Shown here: in pieces, positions 16,028-31,443 of the stretch
Layout of the letters: the number at the start of each line of letters is the position of its first letter
How positions within the stretch are numbered: position 1 is the first letter of the stretch
Assembly (NCBI GenBank): GCA_012295275.1
Contig: CM022672.1
Coordinates: forward strand, 4,588,001-4,652,000
From: Chrysomallon squamiferum
Lineage: Eukaryota > Animalia > Mollusca
Direction: 5' to 3'
Length of the DNA: 64,000 nt
Translations under genes and position numbers: made by a program
Notes under the pieces: model-generated
The model's database searches: none
What the model was told of the DNA's origin: nothing
Seen by the model: only the letters and a program-made list of their open reading frames with translations

Positions 16028-16620
16028 CATCATTATTTAAAAAACTGATTATTATTTTTAAAAACCTGTATTCTTCAAAATCCAGCCTCACTGGGGAGGG
16101 GCTTAGGAAAAGGGTGGGTCTAACATATGCGTGAGGGACTAGAGATTAGAGTATTTTTTTTAAAAATCTCTGATGAACCCGTTCATTGTGCCCATTACTG
16201 GTGAGATTAAACATTTCTCGTATGAGAGCCTTTCGAAATGAGAAACTTCTAAAATAAAATATAAAAACCTGGCACCCAAGGCTCAGATTAGATCTATATT
16301 TAATATATATTATTTCTTTTTTTTCTGTATAGAGTTGATGGTTTACTTACCACGCCCACTTATTGTATTTTTTTCATTTAAAAAAAAACAAAACACGGAC
16401 ATTCGCCGAGAAAAGAGAGTTTTATGTGTGTGTCTCGGTATTGTAAAGGGGTAGTCCTTAATATGTAAATTATTAATGTGCAATGATATTGTTAATTAAC
16501 TGAAATATGAGAGGTATGTGAAAGTTTATATATCTATATTAAAAAAATAAAAAAATAAAAAGATGGAAAAAAAGAGTAATGTGAATCTTTATAATTATTA
16601 TAAGAACAAATATTTTTGTG
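15469..16620 (+). other. Probable Hmx 3' UTR (end uncertain)
   Basis: Follows the stop codon. Candidate AATAAA signals at about 15540, 15765, 16253 and 16546-16560, with T/G-rich sequence after the last. Confidence 0.4.
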
Positions 16621-17480
16621 TGTTGACTTTGTCATCTGTGACCATTTTTTTTTTATAAAGGTATATAATGTGAAACTAATGACTTTGTATGTTGTAGAAA
16701 GATTTCTTTTCTTTTAGCTCTGCAGTAACTGTTCTGTCATTATCCAAGTTACTAAAACTAACTTCAGTCGTAGAAGTTGCTAAATTTATCAAAATATCTG
16801 TGTTGAAACAGTTATGTCTCAAAACGCATAACTTATATGTCAATGTGTTGACGTTAAAAAAGCATTAATATTATTTTGAATCAGCATAAAACTTTGAGAG
16901 TTATATTTTTTTAAGATTTTTTTTTTTTTAGACATTGCAGTTTCAGATCTAAATAAGCATCTATCTACACATCTATCTAAATAAATAGATAAATTATAAA
17001 GGTAATTAATTATATAGGTAAGTAAATTAAAACTAAGCATGTAAATAAGTAAATAAATAAAATCACATTATGTATCTTTCTTAGAAGGTGTCACATTTAC
17101 TTTTTGTTCAGTGATTGTCCAAATAAATATTGTTTATTATTTCTTTGTTAATTTCTTTTATTTAAGCTTACTGTGTATTTGTGTGTGTGTGTGTGTTTGT
17201 GTGTTTGTGTGTGTACATATGCACAGAGGTAATGTGAGACAAAAACATATTATACAGAGAAAAATAGATGGAATATTTGCGTGCGTGAGAGAGAGAGGAA
17301 GGAAGAAATGGAGATAGAGAGGGAGGGAGAGAGAGATATAGATGTCATTTTTATCATCTCTATATATTTATAAATCCACCATGAACTGTTTATAACCGCT
17401 GGTTGAAAGTGGATTTGAAAATTAAATGAAAAGTACTAGAAAGATTACTGAGTAGAAGAAACTAATTTATATAATATTAA

Positions 17481-17585
17481 CCCTTTAAAATCCGAGACAA
17501 ACGTGGCACGAATTCAAACAAATCTTTGGTTAATCAGTGAGCCACAAAGCATCATTTAATAGCATTAGAATTAAACATCTACCAC

Positions 17586-17634
<49 letters not shown>

Positions 17635-17787
17635 GTATGTATTATGTATATATATGTATGTATGTATTTATGTATGTATGTATGTATGTATATATATATA
17701 TATATATATAAAATGTATGAAACATTTAAAAACTTATTTACTGGAAGATTAAAAATGACTTCGTTCAGTACTCTGGACAGTAAAGGG
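17481..17787. mobile_element. Decayed piggyBac-type non-autonomous element (MITE)
   Basis: TTAA|CCCTTTAAAATCC at the left end and GGACAGTAAAGGG|TAAA at the right give imperfect CCCTTT TIRs with a TTAA-like target site. The interior is overrun by TA/TATG microsatellite. Confidence 0.55.
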
Positions 17788-19001
17788 TAAAGTCATTTGG
17801 AGAAACTTGTAAATGTATTTACATTTGTTTCTTTCAAAAAAACAAAAATATTTGTTTGATAAAATAGCAGGGAATGAATTGATAATAATGACTCTTCAGT
17901 GTTTTCTTTCCACATGAAGTTTTTTTTTAAATTTTAACTTTTATTTTCGTTTATTTATACATTCATATAATATAAGAAAGTAAGTTCTAATACATAAATA
18001 AAAAAATAATAAACAAAATAAAATAAAATAAATAAATAAATAAATATACATATAACAAATAAATATGGTAAATTGCATTATATTAAATATACCATTTATT
18101 TCTCTGTGATTTCTGAAAACATGTTCTAGTATTCTTAATTTATAAATGGTTTATTTATTTATTTATTTATTATTATTTTTTTTTTATTAAGTGGAATAAT
18201 CTCTATGTAAGTGGGCGATCTTATTCCATCAAGTAAAAGTATCAAATAGCGCAGATAGATTTTTTAACGGTAATTAATACTTCAAGAATAAAAAACGAAT
18301 AACAAAAAACACAAAAACCACAAAAAAAAAAAAAAAAAGAAAATGGAGCAGATCCGTTTAGAAATGGTATTTGATTCAAAAATGGGTCAGAATTACATGT
18401 ACATAAAAATATACAATTTATATAAAAATCTGAATCTAAATTAGATTTTAAATATCTTAAATATTAATATTAAATTATAAAGATAATAAAATAATTATTC
18501 AAGACTTATTAGTTTTATGGATTCTTTTTTACTTTTTTCTTTCTTTAATATATATATTTATTATTATTCGTTTTTTAGATTCATTCTGATTGTATAACTT
18601 GTTACTTTTAACCTTAATTTTCAGCTGACAAACTCAATGATACATTAAGTTTTATTTAATTTATTATTTTATTTTATTTTATTTTCCGTTTATTTATTTA
18701 AATTTATATATCACATGGGGTTTTGGGGTGGGTTTTTTCCCTAGCTAACGAGAGTTATCTGATTTACACGTCAATGAGATTGAATAACTTTAGATCAAAG
18801 CTGATAATTTTTTACATTATGAAATGAAATCTCTTCATACTTTGAAATTAACTGTGTTTAAACTACGAAACAGAAAGTATCTTTGCACTATAAAAACAGT
18901 GTATCTTTGCCATCTGAAATGATTATTTTTAAACCATCAAACCAAATAGCTTTAGACTATGAAATAGACATTTAGGAAATGAGTATAATTCGATTGTGAA
19001 A

Positions 19002-19172
19002 TTCAGTACGTTATCTGAATGAGTTTTTGTAAATCATGAAGTTCCATTAAATGATAAAAATGAGTGCTTTTGGACTATGTATCGTTCAGTATGTTATCAG
19101 AATGAGTTTTTGTAAATCATGACGTTGACTACCATTAAATGATAAAAACGAGTACTTCTGGACTATGTATCA
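19002..19172 (+). repeat. Tandem duplication of about 83-87 bp
   Basis: TTCAGTAYGTTATCWGAATGAGTTTTTGTAAATCATGA...GGACTATGTATC starts at 19002 and again at 19085. Confidence 0.9.
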
Positions 19173-19994
19173 TTCCGCACAAAACTGAGTTTTGCTGTAT
19201 ACTACTACTACTATACCCTGAGTACCACTACAACTTTGAAACTGAGTACCACTAGACTAAGAAATCGAGAAACTGACGATTCTTGACGCTAAGAAATTGA
19301 GTATCTTTAACAGCTGCCATTAATTTTCTCTAAGATTGCACGTCCGGACTATTTTCTCTTAACACGAAGTTATTAACAGCTAGCAGACGTCCAATCCCAC
19401 GAGATTCCCAGCCGACCTTCCACTGCCCATGTGTTTTCTTCTGTTTCATACAATTTCCCGCCATTTATGAGCAAAGAGCCAAAAGACCGTCCATCCTAAT
19501 TTCGCCTTAATAGTTTCGGCGTTTACTGCCATTTTCTTTTCACTTGTAATGAGTATCGCGCGCTGATACCTCATTACAGTTCATTAGTCAATGTGATTAA
19601 CGAGCGAGCAGACGATCCTTTAAAAGAATTCTTCGCCGTACCAAAGCTCTTAGGAGCGATGTTTATTCCATTTTAGAACCATTTGTTTGGGATTTTTTTT
19701 TTAAATCTTCGGTTCCATTATTGATTGATGTTATATTTTTTTTTATTTTTTTTTTATTATTTTTATTTTTTTTTTTGTCATTTTTGTTATTTTTTTGTTG
19801 GCCGCGCACTTCAGTGGTGGAGATTAAGGAAAAGAATAACCATAAATCGGAGTTTGTCACGGAAAGAATATATTTTATAGAGTTTTTTTTTTTTTTTTTT
19901 TTTGTTTTTCTTTATTTGTTTAATTTTTTTGGAGGGTGTTTGTTTATTTACTTACTTTTTTTTTTTTTTTTTTTTTTTTGTTAATTTTGTTTTT

Positions 19995-20041
<47 letters not shown>

Positions 20042-20347
20042 TATTTTTGTATATTTTTGTTTTACTTTTTCGGCCTCTATTTTTATTTCCTTTTCTTTCT
20101 TTTGTTTTCACTTCTTTTTAATTCCTTCTTTATTTCTTTCTCTCTTTTCTTTTAATTTTTTCTTTCCTTTTTCTTCCTTTCTTTTCGTTTATATTCTTTG
20201 CTTCTTTAACTATTTTTCTTCTTTTTATTTGATTTCTGTCGTTTTCTTCCTTCTTTCATTCTTCATTTGTTTCTTTTTTTATTTGGTGTTTTTATTTCGT
20301 TACATTTTTAAAAATCACACATACACACACACACACATACACACACA

Positions 20348-20385
<38 letters not shown>

Positions 20386-20670
20386 CTTAATTAAATAACA
20401 AAACATGTTACACATAGATACAAAACATTAATAAAGACAAGTTTCTTTTTAATCTACTTTGTCAGTATCTAATTTCTTATTATCCTTCTGGTTTTAAATG
20501 CTGAATATATTCTATTAAATTTTTAAATACTACTTTATGCCTTACTCCATTATTTCTTCACTTATATGAACTAGTTCACTATTATTTCATATCCTTTCAT
20601 CTTTTAATTTGTTAACTGAGCATTATAAAAACACAGTTGCACATATTATGAAAGGGTGCTATATAAATAT

Positions 20671-20731
<61 letters not shown>

Positions 20732-20863
20732 TAATAATAATAATAAAATGCAGACTACATGATATCAATAATAATTTAAATAAAAATAATAATAATAACA
20801 AGAACAACAGGAGCAAAAACAGAAATAACAGCAACTTCATAACAATAATAATCATTATCAACA

Positions 20864-20908
<45 letters not shown>

Positions 20909-21468
20909 ATCCCAGTAAAATGCCACTTTGTCATATCTATTCCAAAGACATCAAGAAATGATTACCAAACAAACAATGGCCTACAAGTTGTTTATAATAT
21001 TGAAAAATTTACTTCAATTAATTGCCTCAGAAAAATCTATAACAGTGGCATTTTTGAATTCCACGTTCCTTTCTTCCAAACCTTTTAAATTAAATATTGA
21101 TATAAACATGAGCAAGCTGTTTTGGTAATTAGTTTGTCATAGAAGAAATTATTTACGAAAATTAAACTTTAGAGTTTTAGTCGAACAAAAATGAAGAAAG
21201 ACAACAATAATAATAATAAAAAATAAAAAACCCATAAAAAAATAAAAATTACAAATTTAATCAAATCGTTGTAGTAAAATAATTATATTTTGAAATCATA
21301 ACGGTAAAATAGTAAAATAGAGTGAACTAACAATTGTTTTAAATTTTCTAAAATTTTGAAGGTGATAATAATACAAAACGGTAAAGTTAAGTTAATAGGA
21401 AAAGATTAATTTTATACGTTTGTCTGTTTTTTAGTTCGTTCGTTAGTATTATTTTCTTCATCATCATC

Positions 21469-21499
<31 letters not shown>

Positions 21500-21684
21500 A
21501 TTTATTTATTATTCATTTATTTATTTACATATACATAATATTTATTTAATTTAATTTTATTTCCCTTTATTTTATTTTATTTTTTTCCCTTTATATTATT
21601 TTTTTTTTTTTTTTTTTTTTTATTTTTTTATTTTTTTTTATTTACTAATAAAAACCTAAACAAAATACATTATAATATTATAGA

Positions 21685-21716
<32 letters not shown>

Positions 21717-22008
21717 AAATAGGAAAAAATAACAATAATTTCAAATTCTCTTTATGAAAAAAAATTACGATTGGTGATGATGATAAAGATAAAACACTAC
21801 TACTACTAATAATAATATACAATAATAATAAACAATAATGATGATGATGATGATATAAATTAAAATGCAACTATATTCACTTACAACAAAATAACATCGG
21901 TACAGATTTGTTTTCAAATACTGAGAGTTTAAATTCTGTAAAAATAAAAACAAAATCAACAATGGAAGAACGAAATGTATTTTACACCCTGATTAATTAT
22001 TATCATTA

Positions 22009-22130
<122 letters not shown>

Positions 22131-23917
22131 GTTATTGTTATTACAGTTATTACCATTATTCTCTCGTACTTACAAAACACTTTTTCGTGTACAGTTTAAA
22201 ACAAATGGCTTCTATCGTGTAAACGCAATTACAGTATTGACCCTACAATGGAGTTTCTGGCCTCCGTTTCTATGATTTAACCGAAATCACGTATTCAAAC
22301 TGTTATCCGCCATCCCCGTGTTTCTCCCCCAGCCTCCTATCATTATAAGAAAAGCAATCTCTTGTTTGGTGGTCTTTTGATAATCATTCTGCTCGCTGTT
22401 TGCAGTATCTAGAGGGTTTGAAGCAGTCGTCTAAACGAATATTCTCGGCAAGTTGACATAGGAAATTGCCACAAGATATTTTACACATTTTGTCCATCAA
22501 TGCACACTTTAATCAAGTTTTATTCTTCACAACATCAATTTGACCCGGGAAAGATTAAAGACCGAAAAGATCACACACGGCTGAAAGCCATTTACAATAG
22601 ATTCAAACCACAGCAAAACCAAGAAAGAAAAGAGAAGGGAAAAAAAAAAAAAAAAAAAAATAATAATAATAATAATATAAAGATGCAGAGAGAGATAGAA
22701 ACAGCGAGCGTGTAAGAATAAAGATTGGCGGGAAAAAGAAAAAAAAAAAAAAAAAAAAAAAAGAAAAAAAAAAGAAACGTATGCTTTTACCGAGACCAAT
22801 CAGAGCCCTTAAATAGCAATCGGCCTTGATTATTAAACCTTTTATCGATCTAGCTAAATACCTGCCAATTCGCGTCAGAAGCAACGCATCAAATAATTAA
22901 TTATAGAGGACACACTTTCGCTTGATAGATTCTCGAGATTAAACGGCCTTAGAGATTAAAGAACACTCAAACTCATTATTGGCACTTCCATTACTTCCGA
23001 TAGTCGACCGGCGAGAATAGATCCGCATTCGCTGATTGGGTTTGGGAATTCGACAATGATAGCCAACAGGCGAGGCGTAGTTGGAGCTCATCTCAAATCC
23101 TATTTAAAGAAAAACTGATAGATTGAGCCGTCAGAGGGAAAAACCATGATAAATTATTTTGATAGAACACTATCATGTTTTCTTCAGACGCGAGAGATGC
23201 TGGCAAAAAAAAAAAAAAAAGACATAAGTGTCGCTGTCATGTTAGAAATATAATAATAATTACAATAATCTGCCGCTATGAGATGGATGAACCAGCATCG
23301 AGGCTGAGTTATTTTGTTTGCGATTTTGTTCAGCAGTTTTAAAAAGAGAAAGAGAAGGTTTACATCGAATGTAATTCACATGCACTTACGTACGTACTTA
23401 CATACATACATACATACATATATACATTATATATACATAGACAAAACACACACACATATATATATATATGTACACCCACATACACATACATACATACACA
23501 CGAAATATAATATCAATTTTTCAGTCCAAAATATTTTTATATATTTTAATTAAATTTATTCCACGATCTAAAAAATAAATCAGTTTACGTTGCGTTTTGA
23601 AATAAATATTAAATGCAATTTCGTATATTTTAAATTGTTTATTACGACTTTTCACTTATAATTATCTGAAATAATAATAGTTTTTCTTAGAAAGTAATCG
23701 TTAAAACACAGAAAGGCTGCGATCAAGATCGAGAGAACGTACCTGCTTCATCTCAACCATTCACTGTTGTTTTAAAACGTCTGTCCGAACTCTACGTGAA
23801 AATAATTTATTTCTCCTCATGTATATGACTACATAATTATAACATTATTAAAAAACACCAGTTTTACACGTCTACCAAAAACGTCATTCAGCAGCTCCTT
23901 TTTTTTCATATCAACAC

Positions 23918-24415
23918 TTTTAACACTGATGTATCTAAGATTGGTAATTCAAAATGCCGGTATGTCTCACAGCGGTAATTTTAATGCCGATGTATCTCAT
24001 ATCGATTTTAATACCAATATATCTCATATCGATAATTTTAATACCGTAATTTTAATATATCTCATATCGATTTTAATTTTATCTCATATCGATTTTAATA
24101 CCGATATATCTCATATCGATGATTTTTTTAGCGGTAGTTTTAATACCGATATGTCTTATAACTATATTTTAATATTGATATATTTAAGACTGGTATTTTA
24201 ATAATGATGTATCTAAGATATGTCATTTTAATATCAATATATCTCAGGCTGATATATTAATACTGATTTATTTCAGATTGGTATTTTATTAGTCATGCAT
24301 CTCAGATTAATAGTTTTAATACTGATACATTATACATTGGCTAATTTTAATTTTGATATAGCTGAAGTTGGTAATTGTAAAAGTAATATATCTCAGACTG
24401 GAATTTTTACTAATG
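23918..24415 (+). repeat. Old degenerate minisatellite, period about 27-30 bp
   Basis: Recurrent TTTTAATAC(C/T)GAT(A/G)TATCTCA(T/G)AT units. Confidence 0.8.
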
Positions 24416-24494
24416 ATAAATCTATAATAATACGATTTCCTTGTTGTAAGAATTATTGTGCCTGCTCCTACTCAGTGCTGACATTATTTTCAAA

Positions 24495-24641
<147 letters not shown>

Positions 24642-25147
24642 AGTTAATTATATATATATATATATACAAAAATAAATAAAAATAAATAAAATAAAAATAA
24701 AATAAAATAAAATAAAAAATATATATATATACTACTACTACTACTACTACTACTAATAATAATAATAAAGTTAATAATAATATAAAATAAAGATAAAAAT
24801 AAAAATTAAAATTAAACTGTGTAGTTATGAAGCTAAAAATAACGCTTTTTTGTTTTTGTTTGAAATCAGATAACACGATTCAATAATGCTTTTTTTTTTT
24901 ACTTTTTCTTTTTTTTAATGTTCACACAAATGAACAAGTTTTTACAAATATCTTGTAAACTGAAAAACGAGGTTAATGCTCTTCAGACATTAATTGCATT
25001 TAACGTGAAGTTTTCAACCCAAAGAAGACAGTATAGATTAATCTACTGCTTCTTTCTTGTCTAGTACAAAATTGTTACAAAGAATATGTTGCTATACCAA
25101 TCGATTAAAATAAAGAATAATTTCCTCTTTCATGTTTGTCATTATAA

Positions 25148-25242
25148 AAACGCCCTTTAAAGATATGAAATAATAATAATAATAACAACAACAATAATAA
25201 TAATAATAATAATAATAATAGAAACGCCCTCTAAAGAAATGA

Positions 25243-25283
<41 letters not shown>

Positions 25284-25337
25284 TAACAATAATAACAATA
25301 ACAATAATAATAATAGAAACGTCCTCTAAAGAAATGA

Positions 25338-25345
<8 letters not shown>
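25148..25345 (+). repeat. Three copies of a 25-bp core separated by (AAT)n
   Basis: AAACGYCCTYTAAAGAWATGAAAT at about 25148, 25222 and 25317. Confidence 0.85.
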
Positions 25346-25427
<82 letters not shown>

Positions 25428-28053
25428 AAGAAGAATCAGCTTCAAATCAACATGTTCAACACCTCGTAACAATTAAAATTAAAATACGCCGAGAGAGTAG
25501 TGTTAAAGAAATCTTCGTTCTTTATCTAACTTGTTTGTTTGCCGAGTGAAGCGCGCGAGCTCCTTTCACACGTTCAGTCACTGCCGGCTAATTAAACTAT
25601 TTACAAAATGACGACTCCTCGACGCACGCGCTCAACCATTCTTAACTAATGGTTCTTGTAACCGCCATTTTCCACAACATCTATAACACGCCATTTGCCT
25701 TGTGGCAGCTTCCGCATCGCCATTGAGACAGAACGTCGGCGAAATGCGATATTTTTCTTTCATTGCTGCCGTAGAATGGCTCGCCGGAAATGCAGTCATT
25801 TTCGTTGGAAGATAGCCTGTATTAGTAACGAGCTGATTATATTTACCATCTCTGTGTCTAACATTTGTTAATCTCTTCGACTTAAGGAAATGGAATTCTT
25901 CAAGTGAAGACGAATATACCTTTTATGAAATGATTTAGCGACAGTTAACCACGCTGGCTGAAACGGATAGCAACCACACCGGAAGAGGTCAAATGGACTT
26001 TTATTAAACCACCGTTAATGGTATGTGGGTAAAAACGCAATGAAGCGCCTCCTAATTACCTCCCCATGGCGAGAGTTCGTACTAGTTCGCGAAGTACTAT
26101 TTTGTTCACAACGTATTAGAAGAAGAAGAAAAAAAAAAAGATTAAAGAACTCATTAACAATAACATTGTGTTTTGTTTTTTTCTGTTTCTTTTTTTTTAC
26201 TTCTTCTTTTTCTTTTGTTTTCTTTCTGTTTGCTTGAAAGTTTGTTTAATAAAATGATTGCTATTTGTAGGTTTTTCTTCTCGGTTCGTTTATTTTTATT
26301 TATTTATTTATTTCTTTTTTTTTTTTTTTTTTTTTATAATATTTATATGTTATATATATCTTTCTTTCGTTTTTCATTCATCGTCTGTCCATATCGTGTA
26401 GCTGTGGTTGCAAATACACAGGCAAAATTGATCACGTATCTGAAGATCGCTATAACCACTGGACAACAACGAATAGCACAAAATGTTTTAATATTATAAG
26501 ACATAAACTCGGATATGACATTATTTGAAGAATACGCAAGCTGTATATAAATAAAATACAGTTGTGTATGTCTTAAACGTAATTATTCGCATAGGCATAA
26601 CAAACTAAGTGATATTAGATTAAATTAGCTAAATATTACTTTAACAAACTTTAGGATCACAGACTTTTTTTCATTCCTAGCATGGAAGTCTCCACAAATA
26701 TATTTTATATATAATTATTTTAAGAGTGACAATATATAGGTAGATAGGTTAAAGACAAGGAGACTGTCGATGATACAGAGAAACAGACAGATGAATAGTA
26801 TTAATTAGTAGAGACTGAGAAAGAAAGCGGCTCGGTAGAGAGAGATTAAACATGAAAGAGAGATTTAAAAAAGCAACAACAACAGAAAGTGAGGAAAAAA
26901 GAGTAGAGAAAGATAAATTTATTATAGAAGTGTGAAAAATTAAATAAAAATATAAGTGGCATCGGAATTATTTATAATTTAATAAACCCATAACTGAAAC
27001 GAAAAAAAGAATGTTACTCACAACTATTGATTTTTATCTTTTTATTTCCTTTTTCTTATTTTTTTAACCTTTTCTTTTATGTTCATTTTTAAAATAAATC
27101 TGACTCGATATCTCTTTTAACCACAACTGTCGGTTTTCGTCTATAATTGTTCTAAATTCGTTCCAGAAAATAAATATAAAAACATCAAAAATAGAAACAT
27201 CCAAATCCCTGAAACGAAAACAGATTACGCAATAAATGAAAAAAAAAAAAAAATCTTTTTTTTGGTTTCTTTTTTTTTTTTTTTTTTTGGTCTTCTTTCA
27301 CAAACCAATTTGTCCGAAACCGTGCGTTTTAAGAGCAGGGCCAAAAACGGCCTTGGGTGGCAGCAGGAGAGGTGTGTATGGAGGGGGGGATTATGAATGT
27401 TATAATGAGTATCGCAGAATAGAGGCGAATTTGAAGTCGAAGAAGCCAATAAATCGATGTGACCCAAGGCGAACAAGACGCGTTTCAGTCTTAATTGGAG
27501 GTAATAAAGCTCTCGATGCACAAATAAACCTCAAAATGTACGTCAAGTGCCCGGATGACGAAGGCACTTACGACCCCTTAAGCCAGAACCACATTTTATT
27601 TCGCTGTGTTATTCCGCTGTCAAACCGATCCATGCAAAAGCACGGATGCGGCAACACTTAATAGATACAAGCTTTCCAGGCATGTTTTTTTTTTTTTTTT
27701 TTTTTTTTTTCTTTTCTATCTCTCTCACTGTTGTTCGTTGAACTCCGTGAAGTGCAGCAAGTAACAAGACTCTTTGCTCGCCCGAAACTTTGCTCGCCTG
27801 ATCCGAGATTGGTGTAGCTCTCCTCTCCCGAGGCGCCGCTATGAAAGATTATTATATCGTTAAGATTCCAAAAATAATATCAAATTGCTTAAGTATCTTT
27901 ATATTGACATTTGTATCAGGGATTCGTGAGTGCAGGTTTTGTGTAACTGCTTACGCACAAAGTATTAATTTATGCATATACGCATGAATGTACGTTTGTA
28001 TGCATGTGTGTGTGAATATATATCCATGCTTGTATATATGTTGTGTGTGTATG

Positions 28054-28085
<32 letters not shown>

Positions 28086-28963
28086 TTTATGTATGTATGT
28101 ATGTATTGTAGGTATGTAGGTATTAGGTATGTGTATGTAGGTATGAATGTATGTATGTATGTATGTATATATGAATGTATATATGTATGTATGTATGTAA
28201 TGTAGGTAGGTAGGTAGGTAGGTGGGTATGTATGTATGTATGTATGTATGTATTAAATATGTATGTATATATTTATGTATATGTGAGTGTTATATGAGTG
28301 CATATACTTCTTTGTATATATGTAAACATTTATTTTTTGGAATTTGCTCATTTTAACTATATGGTAAACAAAGAAGCATAATTATATAATCATGTTACAT
28401 ACACATATATATATACGTATCTGAATCTGCTTATTTTAAGTACATGTGTATAACTTAAACACAACATAATATCTTTAATAATTTTGTCTACTGCGTTATT
28501 TTATTAATTATGAACACAGGCTGAAAGTTTCAAAATATGTTGTGTGATATACTTAACTTCAGTCTTTCTATTTCACAGATATATCAAACTAATAAAACTA
28601 TATCATACATACTTCATCCAGATTACAAATATAAGACAATTTTTTTTTCTTTTCTTTCAATACAGGTGTGCTTAATGAGTAAATATTACTTATTTCTCAA
28701 ATCTTGCCAATCAAACTGGCATTTCTTTAATGAAAATTATTACTCGATTCGCTAATGACATAGATTGAAATAATTAATCTGCTTCTAATACACTGGTCTG
28801 CGAATCGCTAACAAGGATTTTTAATTGCAATTCTTCATGTATGCGAGTTCAAGAGTTCGCTTGTAGCTTGCAACAACAGGCTAGGTGATGATCACCGCAA
28901 ACTAACCAACATGGACGTATTTACAACGAGGGTCAAATATTATTAACCCGTTTTCTGGTTCTG

Positions 28964-28994
<31 letters not shown>

Positions 28995-29727
28995 TATTCT
29001 GTCATTTCACCCTTTTTTCTTTCTTTCAGGTGATAACTATTGATTAGAGCATCATCATAAACTAACAAAAAAAATGGATGTATTTATTTACAACTAAGGT
29101 AAAATGTAATTAACCTATTTTTATTTTATTTTTTTTTTTTTAAATATCTGTCAGTCTGTTCATTTCATGATCAAAACATCAAGCAAGACGATACTCATAA
29201 ACAGACGACGCAAGATTATTCACTGATAATGTTTTCTTTCCTTTGTGTGCATGTTTGTTTGTGTTTGTATGTGTGTGTTGATGTGCGTGTGTGTGTGTAT
29301 TTGTGATTGTGTGGATGTGCATGGTGAATATCTAACTAGTACTTATTTACAACATGTAAAACTGCCATAACTAGCAAATGGTATATTCCAGTCATAGGTC
29401 TGATATATCTGATATATCTACAGAATACTAGATGTAGATATGTGCTGTCAGTTATAACATCTTTCTTCTGAATTCTTCGCGTGTAATTATGTCTGTAAAG
29501 ATGTACGTATTCTTACACTGGCGTATTTAGAGTGGGCGAATGAGGCAGTCAGCCTGCCTCTTACAAATGCAATGATTACGCTGACAACAATATTGTACAA
29601 ATTGGACAGTAGACGTAAACTCGCTCTTGCTACCACAATCAAGTATTTTGATTCTCCTTTCTATTTATATATGTCTTCTGTCTGGATATGTTATGTATGT
29701 GTATAGCTCCGTGTATGTATACGTACG

Positions 29728-29911
29728 TAGGGGCGTAACTATGAAAATGTAGCATATAGCAGTACCTGAAATTGCGCTCCTGTGCAAACATCTGACACCC
29801 ATCTTGCAGATAACTTTACTGTTAAATCAGCTTAAAACACCAGTCAAGTTTAATTGAAAGTGCGCATTGGTGACCAGTGCACGTGTTTGTCATAGATTTC
29901 ATACACCACTG
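29728..29911. mobile_element. Decayed hAT-like MITE
   Basis: Left end TAGGGGCGTAACTATG and right end CATAG..TACACCACTG form imperfect CAGKGGCGTA-type TIRs. Confidence 0.4.
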
Positions 29912-29993
29912 TAAAAATGTGTGTATATCGAGGGGTATGCAATGAAGTGTATATGTTTACGATTATAAGTCTTTAAACGTATCTGCCACTGTT

Positions 29994-30034
<41 letters not shown>

Positions 30035-30300
30035 ACACACACACACACACACAGAGAAACACACAGATAAGTTATGTATCTATTTTTTACCTCAATAAGT
30101 AATTAACATTTTTCTCAACAGTACCAACATAATAATAGATAAACCTATATATAATAACTAAACAAGGTAAAAAAATGTACAGTGTTTATATATAGTAATA
30201 TAGTGCACTTAAAGAGTTTCATTTGACAAAAACTTTAATCTTTTTTTTGAATAAATATTGAAACTTCAGGAGTAAATAAAACAAGAATTGAAATTTTCTT

Positions 30301-30446
30301 CATGTTTGTATCCCCTATGAACTTGTTTTAAAAACATGTTTGTATTAAACTCTATCAATCATGTTTGTATCCCCTATGAACTTGTTTTAATCTATCATTT
30401 TGTATCATGTTTGTATCCCCTATGAACTTGTTTTAATCTATCATTT
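30301..30446 (+). repeat. Three copies of a 31-bp unit
   Basis: CATGTTTGTATCCCCTATGAACTTGTTTTAA at 30301, 30360 and 30407. Confidence 0.9.
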
Positions 30447-30609
30447 CGCTAAGCTTGTTACGTATGTTAAAAAAAATCCTCACTCGGGAAATTAAAACGT
30501 GATGCTAAAGCTCTTTAGGTATCACTTTGAAAATGGTGTATCCAGTAAAATAGATATCTAATAAATAAATAAAATATATATAAATATATAATAATAATAA
30601 TAATAATAA

Positions 30610-30666
<57 letters not shown>

Positions 30667-31403
30667 TGAAATAGTAATAATTATAATGTGAAAGTTTACT
30701 GTTGCTTATCTAAAACGATTCATAATATATATATATTGGTTGTTTCTCTTTACATATATGTATGTATGTATGTATGTATCAATATATGTTTGCTTCTAAA
30801 TACCTACGCACGTACGAAGTACCTATATACGGAACGGAAACATTTTAACGTATACGAAAGAATGCATCTATTTCGATAATAAAAATCCTTTTTCTCAGCA
30901 CAAGTACAATTTAAAAATCAGACAGTTTGAACAAGAAAGAGCGGCGGATCGCACTTTTAATGACAAATCTAACAAAAACCTCTCCCGGGACTACAAATTA
31001 CCGAGCAGCCGCGAAAATCGTTACGCGAGAAGCTCTTGATTGGACTGGGGCGCGGAACAGACGTTACTTGGTGATACGGCAGAGGCCGGGCTTGAGACGC
31101 GGACAAGAAAATGCCGTCCAACTGGGACCGGATTGCTCAGTGTTTGTCAGTGATTTTTGTCAGAGCGGTAATAGGAAATGCGGGGTATTTTCCAAATGTT
31201 TTTATTGATTAAGAATCAAGATTCTTTTCTAATTCTCTAATCGTGACTTCATTAGTTTTTATAGTGTTTGGAGATCGGCTTAGGCGTGCTTTCAGAGTAA
31301 CCCGAGTCGGCTGGATGTGTCGAAGCCAAATAAATGGGCTTCGTTTTTGACACAAAAGAACCACGTCAAGGAATAATGTGTCAGGGGTTTCAGGTTGTTA
31401 AGT

Positions 31404-31443
<40 letters not shown>

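Noticed and set aside
25148-25345. Repeat-spacer-repeat pattern
   Set aside because: Spacers are only (AAT)n of variable length, so this is a compound tandem repeat.
27236-27661. 141-aa ORF in a GC-richer island
   Set aside because: Starts in homopolymer runs, has no recognisable domain and no convincing splice partners; more likely regulatory DNA.
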